Source of the DNA: Lysobacteraceae bacterium
GTDB lineage: Bacteria; Bdellovibrionota; UBA1018; JAGTJX01
Direction: 5' to 3'
NCBI GenBank assembly: GCA_023657465.1
Contig: JAGTJX010000002.1
Span: 304,136 to 336,135 of the forward strand
Length of the DNA: 32,000 bases
Part shown: piece by piece, positions 18,999-26,532 of the stretch
Numbering within the stretch: position 1 is the stretch's first letter
Layout of the letters: every line of letters starts with the position of its first letter
Notes under the pieces: generated by a model
The model's input: the letters and a program-made list of their open reading frames with translations, nothing else
Databases searched by the model: none
Told to the model about the DNA's origin: nothing
Made by a program: the position numbers and the translations under genes

Positions 18999-20273
18999 AT
19001 GGGTATACTATCGTCAATGCATACTGCACGTTCAGGTCTTCAAACAATGGGAGATGCTTTGGGCGTGTACGGTGATAACATTGCCAACTCACAAACAGTT
19101 GGTTTCAAAGCAAGTCGTCCTGAGTTTTCCGACATCATGGTGAAAAACACCATGAACGGTGGACTCCAAATCGGTCGCGGTGTGAAGTTAGAAGCTGTTA
19201 CGCCTCTGTTCACCCAAGGATCGATTCTTCAGACTGAATCTCCAACAGACTTATCAATCACGGGTGAAGGGATGTTCACCCTCGATGGTCCGGATGGAAG
19301 ATTCTACTCTAGGAACGGATCGCTTCACTTCGATAGAGAAGGAAAGCTCGTCAATGCTGAAGGTTACCGAGTTTTGGGATTTGAAGCAGATGTGGACGGA
19401 CGAATCACTTCTAAGATGCAGCCAATGCAAGTCGCACGAACTGTGATCGATGCTAAGGGAACTCAAGAAGCTAAAATGTTTTTAAACTTAGATAACCGTG
19501 CAGATCCTACAATAGTATTTGATCCAAAACGACCTGATGCAACTTCACACTTTGCAACAGGAGTTCAAGTGATCGACTCTGCAGGTGCTCCACACATTCT
19601 CAGTATGTATTTCAATCGTAGTGAAAGTGGAGATTGGACTTGGAGAGCGATGGCAAAGGGCGAAGAAGTAGTCGGTGGTCAGAAGAATACGATGGTAGAA
19701 CAAGCATCCGGTAAGCTGATCTTTGATAAAGATGGTCGTTTGCTCGAGCAAGTCACAGACAATAACTCCTTCAACTTCAAAGGTGGAGCTCAACCTGATT
19801 ACAATATCAAGTTCAACTTCGGAAAAGATAAGAAGAGTGGTGGAGATGGATTAGAAGTCACTCAGTATGGTTCTGACTCGGAGGCATACAAGACGGTTGC
19901 TGATGGTTACAAGGTGGGAACGCTAACGGGTCTTTCATTCAATGAAGACGGCGTGCTTGAAGCTCAATACACCAATGGCGAATCCGTTAAAGTTGCTCAG
20001 ATTGCTCTTGCAAAATTCGATGCACCTGAGTTCCTCCTCAAAGTCGGCCAGAACCGTTTCCGTGAAACACGGAACTCAGGTCAGCCGACAATTGGTGGAC
20101 CACGCCAAGCGGGTCGTGGAGCAGTGGCATCTAAGTCTCTCGAGACTTCGACAACAGACATTGCGAACGAGTTCATTAATCTTATGAACACTGAGCGCAG
20201 TTTCCAAGCGAACTCAAGAGTCATTAGTACTGCGGACGAGATGATGCAGGAAATTCTGAACCTCAAGAAGTAA
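18999..20273 (+). CDS. flgE: Flagellar hook protein FlgE
   Basis: MGILSSMHTARSGLQTMGDALGVYGDNIANSQTVGFKASRPEF ... C-terminal IANEFINLMNTERSFQANSRVISTADEMMQEILNLK. Confidence 0.95.
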   Translation: MGILSSMHTARSGLQTMGDALGVYGDNIANSQTVGFKASRPEFSDIMVKNTMNGGLQIGRGVKLEAVTPLFTQGSILQTESPTDLSITGEGMFTLDGPDGRFYSRNGSLHFDREGKLVNAEGYRVLGFEADVDGRITSKMQPMQVARTVIDAKGTQEAKMFLNLDNRADPTIVFDPKRPDATSHFATGVQVIDSAGAPHILSMYFNRSESGDWTWRAMAKGEEVVGGQKNTMVEQASGKLIFDKDGRLLEQVTDNNSFNFKGGAQPDYNIKFNFGKDKKSGGDGLEVTQYGSDSEAYKTVADGYKVGTLTGLSFNEDGVLEAQYTNGESVKVAQIALAKFDAPEFLLKVGQNRFRETRNSGQPTIGGPRQAGRGAVASKSLETSTTDIANEFINLMNTERSFQANSRVISTADEMMQEILNLKK

Positions 20274-20289
20274 ATCACACTGTGATTTA
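20271..20289. repeat. 19-bp near-perfectly symmetric palindrome TAAATCACA-C-TGTGATTTA beginning at the flgE stop codon
   Basis: 9-bp perfect arms with a 1-nt centre. The first TAA is the flgE stop. Confidence 0.85.
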
Positions 20290-20318
20290 GATTAAGTAGC
20301 ATTTGAGACTCAGATTTT

Positions 20319-20349
20319 GGTCTGCGCCGACAAATAGTTGGCGCAGGCT
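20319..20349 (+). other. Strong hairpin between flgE and fliL, possible attenuator/terminator or processing site
   Basis: CTGCGCCGAC (20322-20331) - AAATA - GTTGGCGCAG (20337-20346), one G.U; extendable to 13 bp with wobbles. A T6 tract follows at 20357-20362. Confidence 0.65.
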
Positions 20350-20418
20350 ACAGTCATTTTTTGCCCACTTGCGACATGCGCTTCAACCAGGCAAAATATT
20401 TCTTGGAGGAACGTGTCG

Positions 20419-21039
20419 ATGTCAGATAAGCCAGCAGAAGCACCGAAAGCACCAGAAGCAGAAGTTGCTCCTAGTAGTGGTGATGGAAACAAAATGGTGA
20501 TGATTCTGACTCTAGTCAATCTAGTAGTTACGATGGTGATTGCTGGAATTGTTTTTATTTCCTTCAAAAAAGACAACACTCAACCTAGATCGACAGATAT
20601 TCTTGCTGAAGAAGAACATGGATCGAGCGAAGGTGAAAAAGCAGCGGGTGGGCACGGAGCTCCTGCTACCAGTGGACACGGCGGTGGCGGTGGACATGGC
20701 GAAGAGAAATCTGCTTCATCGAAGAAATCAGGAAAGATCGTCACTCTTGAACAATTTACAGTGAATCTTGCTACATCCGGAAGCATCACTCCTAAGTATG
20801 CACGAGTGAATATTTCAATCGAAGTTGGATCAGACGATGTGGATTCAGAAATTTCACAAAAACTTCCTCAAGTCAGAAACACTGTCATCGATCTTTTTAA
20901 CAGTAAGCGTCCTTCAGATTTAGGTAGTGTCGATGGAAGAAACTATTTGAAAGATGAAATTAGAAATTCAATTAATAGTTTTCTAGTCAGTGGAAAAATT
21001 AAAAATGTTTTTTTTACTAATTTTTCAATCAGTGGATAG
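20419..21039 (+). CDS. fliL: Flagellar basal body-associated protein FliL
   Basis: Single TM (MVMILTLVNLVVTMVIAGIVFISF) plus C-terminal FliL domain (VTLEQFTVNLA...VNISIEV...RNTVIDLFNSKRPSDLGSVDGRNYLKDEIRNSINSFLVSGKIKNVFFTNFSIS). ATG at 20419 with GGAGG upstream. Confidence 0.93.
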   Translation: MSDKPAEAPKAPEAEVAPSSGDGNKMVMILTLVNLVVTMVIAGIVFISFKKDNTQPRSTDILAEEEHGSSEGEKAAGGHGAPATSGHGGGGGHGEEKSASSKKSGKIVTLEQFTVNLATSGSITPKYARVNISIEVGSDDVDSEISQKLPQVRNTVIDLFNSKRPSDLGSVDGRNYLKDEIRNSINSFLVSGKIKNVFFTNFSISG

Positions 21040-21060
21040 GTCAAACCAGGGAGTAGTAGA

Positions 21061-22086
21061 ATGAATCAAGTATTATCACAATCGGAAGTTGATGCTCTTC
21101 TCAACGCAGTCTCTGATGGCTCGTTTGATGCAAGTGCAGGTGGTACAGCTGCAATGGGCGGCGCTGCTGGTGCGACGGGTGCTGTTGCAGGAGAAGACGC
21201 TGGCCCGGATGTTCAACTTTATGATTTGACCAACCAAGACCGTGTGATTCGTGGTCGAATGCCCACACTCGACATCATTTATGAACGTTTCATTCGTTTG
21301 TTCAGGATGTCACTTTCAAACGCCCTTCGTAAAATTGCATCCATGAGTATCATCTCTACTGACTTGCTCAAGTTCGGTGAATTCGTGAACACACTTCCTA
21401 TTCCGAGTTGTATGAGCATCATGAGATTCGAATCTCTACGCGGACCTGCACTCCTTGTATTTGAATCCAAACTTGCTTACGCACTCGTCGATAGTTTTTT
21501 GGGCGGAACAGATAGACCTTATACCAAAATAGAAGGAAAGGAATTCACTCGAATTGAGCTATCCATCATTCGTAAAGTGATGGATCTTGCTTTGCGAGAC
21601 TTAGAAGAAGCTTGGGCGCCCGTTCACAAGGTAGATGTGGGTTTTGTGCGTATTGAAGTGAATCCACAATTCGTCGGTGTAGTTCCACCTTCTGATGTCA
21701 TTATTACTACCACGTTTGAAGTCGAACTTGAGAATGCAAGCGGTACCATTGTTCTTGTGATTCCTTATTCAACAGTTGAATCCATTAAGAGTAAACTCAA
21801 TTCATCTTATCAAACTGAAAACGATAAACATGACCGCATCTGGGTACAGATGATGGAAGAACATGTGAAAGCGACAAAAGCAGATGTCGTCGTGAATCTA
21901 GGTGAAGCTGCGATTACAGTTTCAGATCTAGTAAACTTATCTGAAGGCGATATCATTCCGCTTTCCAAAAATTCTGATGATGAATTAGAAATCAATGTCG
22001 AAGGCATTGCTAAATATAAATGTTTTTTTGGTGTATCGAGAGGTAACCGAGCGGTTCAGGTTACCCAAATATTGGAAGATGAATAA
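21061..22086 (+). CDS. fliM: Flagellar motor switch protein FliM
   Basis: N-terminal LSQSEVDALLNA (CheY-binding type motif), FERFIRLFRMSLSNALRK, LIDSFLGG-like ALVDSFLGG, and a SPOA-type C-terminus. Confidence 0.96.
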   Translation: MNQVLSQSEVDALLNAVSDGSFDASAGGTAAMGGAAGATGAVAGEDAGPDVQLYDLTNQDRVIRGRMPTLDIIYERFIRLFRMSLSNALRKIASMSIISTDLLKFGEFVNTLPIPSCMSIMRFESLRGPALLVFESKLAYALVDSFLGGTDRPYTKIEGKEFTRIELSIIRKVMDLALRDLEEAWAPVHKVDVGFVRIEVNPQFVGVVPPSDVIITTTFEVELENASGTIVLVIPYSTVESIKSKLNSSYQTENDKHDRIWVQMMEEHVKATKADVVVNLGEAAITVSDLVNLSEGDIIPLSKNSDDELEINVEGIAKYKCFFGVSRGNRAVQVTQILEDE

Positions 22087-22103
22087 CCCAGGAGGAAGAC
22101 AGG

Positions 22104-22466
22104 ATGTCTAACGGAACAGATTTCGCAGCTGCAGTAGCAGCTCAACAACCAGCAGGAGCTCCAACAGGAGCAGCGACAGGTGGTCAGAAGATTCAAAATT
22201 CTGCCATTCAATCACTTGATTTTATTTTGGATATTCCACTCAAAGTCACTGTTGAATTGGGTCGAACCAAGATGAATATCAGAGATATTCTACAACTCGC
22301 ACAGGGATCTGTCGTAGAGTTATCAAAGTTTGCGGGTGAGCCCCTCGAAGTTTTCGTGAATGAGAAACTCATCGCAAGAGGCGAAGTGGTTGTTGTTAAC
22401 GAAAAGTTCGGGATTCGTCTCACAGATATCATTTCTCCAGTAGAGCGAATTGAACAGTTGAGATAA
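22104..22466 (+). CDS. fliN: Flagellar motor switch protein FliN
   Basis: LDFILDIPLKVTVELGRTKMNIRDILQLAQGSVVELSKFAGEPLEVFVNEKLIARGEVVVVNEKFGIRLTDIISPVERIEQLR. Confidence 0.96.
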   Translation: MSNGTDFAAAVAAQQPAGAPTGAATGGQKIQNSAIQSLDFILDIPLKVTVELGRTKMNIRDILQLAQGSVVELSKFAGEPLEVFVNEKLIARGEVVVVNEKFGIRLTDIISPVERIEQLR

Positions 22467-22511
22467 TAGGTCGAATGCGTTGTCGCCAGGATGGCGGAGG
22501 ACAATCTTAGG

Positions 22512-23525
22512 ATGAGAATTTCAATCGGAAGTTGCTTACTATTACTAGGTTTGACTAATTCTAGCTTTGCCGGTCAAGTTTTGAAAAATGTTCAAATCTT
22601 GGGTCCAGGAAAAGTGGAGCTTCAATTTGATGAGCCAGTACAAGTCAATCAATTGAAAACTGAATATGTTCGCGACATCATTCAAGTCAATTTGAATAAT
22701 GTCGTCGTTTATCCAGCTAAGATCCTCACTCAAGCAGGAAGTGAAGTTTCTAAAGTCTTCGCTTATCAATACACACCGAAGCAAGTGAGATGTCGTCTCT
22801 CAGTAAGAGGAGAGGCGGAAAAGTATAAGAACCACTTCAAGTTCAAGATCTCTGGAAAGTCTGTTTTTCTAACATTGAATAGTTTAGGTAACAAAGAAGA
22901 CAAAATCACTCTGACTCAATCTGCGCCTCAAGCTGCAAAAGGCGAAATGAGTAATGTGAGTCAGTCACTCCTGAGTAAGATTTTAAAATCAGATACTCCT
23001 TCTGCAGAAGCGGCTCCAAATATTCAAACAAAAACGATTGATCCTCCAAAAAATACGATGGATCCAATTAAGTACGCGAAGCCACTTCCATCACCTTTCA
23101 AATCTTTTGCATGGTTAGGGGTAATCATACTCGTACTACTGGGTGTTCTTACCGCTGTGAAGCGAGTGAAGAACAAGGGAATGCCTTCTTCCTTCTTAAA
23201 GATGACTAGAATTAAGTTTGGCGCTAAACCGCAAATGATCGAAATGGTCGCAAATCAGTATTTAGGACCTAAGAAAAGTATTTCAATTGTGAGAGTGAGT
23301 GGCCGACTTCTTGTTCTTGGTGTAGCTGAAGACTCGATCAGTCTCATCACAGAGCTTGGCTCAGAAGATGAAATTGATTCAATGCTGGATCAAGCAGAGA
23401 TTGTGGCAGCTCCCAAGGCCGTTAAAGCCGCCGCTCCTTCTATACAGAAAGTAGCTTCATCCGCTCCTACTACCAGTTTTCGTGAAGAGATCCGCAAGCG
23501 CATGGAAGGAATGAAAACTCTCTAA
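22512..23525 (+). CDS. fliO: FliO-type flagellar biosynthesis protein with a large periplasmic N-terminal domain
   Basis: Located between fliN and fliP. Signal peptide MRISIGSCLLLLGLTNSSFAG (start 22512 preferred to 22491), AMIN-like region, one TM (FAWLGVIILVLLGVLTAV), then VANQYLGPKKSISIVRVSGRLLVLGVAEDSISLITEL. Confidence 0.85.
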   Translation: MRISIGSCLLLLGLTNSSFAGQVLKNVQILGPGKVELQFDEPVQVNQLKTEYVRDIIQVNLNNVVVYPAKILTQAGSEVSKVFAYQYTPKQVRCRLSVRGEAEKYKNHFKFKISGKSVFLTLNSLGNKEDKITLTQSAPQAAKGEMSNVSQSLLSKILKSDTPSAEAAPNIQTKTIDPPKNTMDPIKYAKPLPSPFKSFAWLGVIILVLLGVLTAVKRVKNKGMPSSFLKMTRIKFGAKPQMIEMVANQYLGPKKSISIVRVSGRLLVLGVAEDSISLITELGSEDEIDSMLDQAEIVAAPKAVKAAAPSIQKVASSAPTTSFREEIRKRMEGMKTL

Positions 23526-24304
23526 TGAAAAAACAAGCACTCACACTTTTGACCGCGATTTTCGGAGTGCTACTTGTAGCAGGTTCTGCTATGGCTGCAG
23601 ACGGTTATGTTCCAGGTACATCTGGAATTTCTCTCCCGAGCTTGAGTCTTTCTTTTCCGAATTCATCCAAACCTGCTGATGTAGTATCAGTGATCCGCAT
23701 TGTGATGATGCTCACAGTGCTCTCACTTGCTCCTGCGATTCTGATCATGATGACTTCGTTCACAAGGATCATTGTAGTGCTGAGTTTTTTAAGACAGAGT
23801 TTGGGAACCCAGCAACTTCCACCCAACCAACTTTTAGTCGGTCTTGCTCTTTTTCTTACATTCTTCGTCATGGCTCCGACCTGGAAGGAAGTCTCAACGA
23901 ATGCTCTTGAGCCTTACATGAATGAACAACTCGATCAGAAGACAGCACTCGAACGTGCTGAGAAACCGATGCGTGAATTCATGTTTTCTCAGACACGTGA
24001 GAAAGATTTAGAATTATTCCTCTCACTTTCAAAGTCTGAAAAACCTAAGAACAAATCAGAAGTCGCTACTTACATCTTGATTCCTGCATTCATGATCAGT
24101 GAGCTCAAGACTGCGTTTCAGATTGGTTTCATGCTTTATTTGCCATTCTTGGTTTTGGATATCGTTGTATCGAGTGTTCTCATGGCCATGGGGATGATGA
24201 TGTTGCCTCCGATGATGATTTCGTTTCCATTTAAGCTGCTACTTTTCGTTCTCGTTGATGGCTGGCAGCTCATCGTCGGAAGTTTAATTAGAAGTTTCGG
24301 TTAA
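23525..24304 (+). CDS. fliP: Flagellar export apparatus protein FliP
   Basis: MMTSFTRIIVVLSFLRQSLGTQQLPPNQLLVGLALFLTFFVM and LVDGWQLIVGSLIRSFG. Confidence 0.97.
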   Translation: MKKQALTLLTAIFGVLLVAGSAMAADGYVPGTSGISLPSLSLSFPNSSKPADVVSVIRIVMMLTVLSLAPAILIMMTSFTRIIVVLSFLRQSLGTQQLPPNQLLVGLALFLTFFVMAPTWKEVSTNALEPYMNEQLDQKTALERAEKPMREFMFSQTREKDLELFLSLSKSEKPKNKSEVATYILIPAFMISELKTAFQIGFMLYLPFLVLDIVVSSVLMAMGMMMLPPMMISFPFKLLLFVLVDGWQLIVGSLIRSFG

Positions 24305-24326
24305 GTTACAAAGAGGGGTGTGAGTC

Positions 24327-24596
24327 ATGACAGATGATATGGTGATTGCTATCGGAGCTGAAGCAATTAAAACTACAATCTATCTTGCTGGCCCTATGCT
24401 ACTTGCCACTTTGATCGTGGGTTTAGTGGTGAGTATTTTTCAAGCTGTGACTCAGATCAACGAAGCCACGCTTACATTTATTCCTAAGATGCTTGCAGTT
24501 GTCGCTGTGCTTGCAGTGATGTCTCCTTGGATGCTTCAAATCTTAAGCCAATATGCAACTGTCATATTAGGTGGAGCCCATGACTGGATTAGGTAA
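24327..24596 (+). CDS. fliQ: Flagellar export apparatus protein FliQ
   Basis: 89 aa; LLATLIVGLVVSIFQAVTQINEATLTFIPKMLAVVAVLAVMSPWMLQIL. Confidence 0.96.
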   Translation: MTDDMVIAIGAEAIKTTIYLAGPMLLATLIVGLVVSIFQAVTQINEATLTFIPKMLAVVAVLAVMSPWMLQILSQYATVILGGAHDWIR

Positions 24597-25381
24597 TGAA
24601 TGAAGCACTTACTTTTTTCGCAGTACTTGTTCGCTATGGCACTCTCTTCGCGATAGTCCCTATTCTGGGTGATCGTATGATCCCACTTCCTATTAAAATT
24701 TTGAGTTCATTAGCGATTACAGCAGCACTTTATCCAGCCCTTGTGAAAACGGGAAGCATTAATCCTGAAGCGGCTACAATCTGGGGCTCTACCACTTCAA
24801 CTATCATTTACACGATCGCACTTGAGACGATCTTTGGACTTGCTCTAGGATATTGCTCAAAACTTGTTTTTGATGGTGTTCAATTCGGTGCAAACATCAC
24901 CGGTAACTTAATGGGATTCGCATCAGCAAGTCAGTATGATCCACATCAAGAAACTCAAACAGAAATCATAGCACATCTTCAGATGACTCTTGCGATGCTC
25001 CTCTTCCTGGTCATGGATGGACACCATTTGTTTTTAAGAGCGGCGATGGATAGCTACAAAATTGTAGGAATTGGTTCAATGAACATGGGAGGAATGTTTT
25101 CCAAACAACTCATTCAGATGACCGGCGATACGTTCATTCTTGGGATGCAACTAGCAGCTCCTGTTTCTGTTTCGCTCTTCTTAGTGAACGTGCTTTACGG
25201 AGTGATGGCTAAGAATATGCCTCAAATGAATATCTTAGTTCTTTCGTTCTCAATCAGCGCGCTTCTAGGTTTTATTATTTTACTTCTCACCATGCCTGAG
25301 TTCGCAGCAGTGGTGACTGAGAATTTTGGAATGATTTATAATAAGTTAGTCAGGGTCATGACGGTGATGCATGGCCAGTGA
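24596..25381 (+). CDS. fliR: Flagellar export apparatus protein FliR
   Basis: ALGYCSKLVFDGVQFGANITGNLMGFASASQYDP; multi-TM; position between fliQ and flhB. Confidence 0.94.
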   Translation: MNEALTFFAVLVRYGTLFAIVPILGDRMIPLPIKILSSLAITAALYPALVKTGSINPEAATIWGSTTSTIIYTIALETIFGLALGYCSKLVFDGVQFGANITGNLMGFASASQYDPHQETQTEIIAHLQMTLAMLLFLVMDGHHLFLRAAMDSYKIVGIGSMNMGGMFSKQLIQMTGDTFILGMQLAAPVSVSLFLVNVLYGVMAKNMPQMNILVLSFSISALLGFIILLLTMPEFAAVVTENFGMIYNKLVRVMTVMHGQ

Positions 25382-26471
25382 AGGTAACGGCGGTGGAAAC
25401 GAACGCGACACAGAAGACTTATCAGACGAAGCCTCGACCCATCGGTTACAAGAATTAAGATCTCAAGGTAAAGTATTTCAAAGTAGAGAGCTCACAGGTT
25501 TCATTGTTCTCCTTGCTACGTTTGTTGCGCTTTTTGCAGTGATCAATAGTGTAGGGGGTCAGTATGTTGAGTTTCTCAAAGAAATACTAAGATTCGATGG
25601 AGTTTCTAAGGAATCTCTCACTGGAAACACTCTCCTCACTACAAAAATTTTAGCCGCTGGCAAGCTCTTCATGGTGATTGGCTTTCCAGTTGTCCTGACT
25701 GGTTTTGTGTTTAGTATCTTAGGCAGTGTACTGCAAACGGGTTGGGTGTTTTCGTGGGATCCAGTCCAGTTTGATTGGTCTAAAATCGATCCTATTCAAG
25801 GGTTTCAAAAACTGTTTTCGATGAGGCAATTCTTCGAAGGCATTCGAGTAGTTTTTAAGATCTTCACTTTGCTTGCTATTGGCTATGCAGTCATTAAACC
25901 AGAAGTTTTCTCAGCTTCCAAACACATGCTCATTGATGTCACAGGAATTGCTCCCGCTTACATTTCCGGTGCAAAGTCTGTTTTTTATTCTCTCACACTA
26001 GCACTTCTCGTCTTTGCAGGATTTGATTATTGGCTGCAACGTAATGAATATATGAAAGGTGTGAGGCTCACCAAGCAAGAAGCCAAACAAGAGCAGAAAG
26101 AGCATGAAGGGGATCCTCTTGTTAAAGCTCGTGTCCGTACGATTCAGAAGGATATGGCCCGAAAACGTATGATGCAAGCTGTAAAGAAGGCTAATGTCAT
26201 CATCACCAACCCGACTCACATAGCGATTGCGATCATCTACGAAAGAGACAAAATGTTGGCACCTAAGGTGATTGCAAAAGGAGCGGACTTCCTCGCTCAA
26301 AGAATCAAAAAAGTGGCGGCTGATGCAGGAATCCCTATGGTTGAGAATGTGCCATTGGCCCGTACATTGTTCAAATCCGTTAAGATTGGTCAGTATGTTC
26401 CTAAGAACCTTTATCAAGCCGTCGCTGAAGTATTGGCGTACGTTTACAAACTCAAAAATCATAAGTTTTAG
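25371..26471 (+). CDS. flhB: Flagellar export switch protein FlhB
   Basis: Four-TM export domain and the autocleavage motif NPTH (VIITNPTHIAIAIIYERDKMLAPKVIAKGADFLAQRIK). Confidence 0.97.
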   Translation: MASEGNGGGNERDTEDLSDEASTHRLQELRSQGKVFQSRELTGFIVLLATFVALFAVINSVGGQYVEFLKEILRFDGVSKESLTGNTLLTTKILAAGKLFMVIGFPVVLTGFVFSILGSVLQTGWVFSWDPVQFDWSKIDPIQGFQKLFSMRQFFEGIRVVFKIFTLLAIGYAVIKPEVFSASKHMLIDVTGIAPAYISGAKSVFYSLTLALLVFAGFDYWLQRNEYMKGVRLTKQEAKQEQKEHEGDPLVKARVRTIQKDMARKRMMQAVKKANVIITNPTHIAIAIIYERDKMLAPKVIAKGADFLAQRIKKVAADAGIPMVENVPLARTLFKSVKIGQYVPKNLYQAVAEVLAYVYKLKNHKF

Positions 26472-26532
26472 TTCGCGTTAGTTCGTGGACAAGCTGTTTT
26501 TTTTCCAGCAAAATTATTAGAGAGGGCTATGG

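Noticed and set aside
20271-20289. CRP-type binding site at the end of flgE
   Set aside because: The order is TCACA-N-TGTGA, not TGTGA-N6-TCACA, so it does not match the CRP consensus arrangement.
20319-20362. Canonical Rho-independent terminator after flgE
   Set aside because: The stem is strong but the T6 run starts about 8 nt after it. I kept it as an unspecified structured element rather than calling a terminator.
26490-26503. Small hairpin GCTG-T8C-CAGC in the flhB-flhA gap
   Set aside because: Only a 4-bp stem around a T8 run; likely chance and not strong enough to call.
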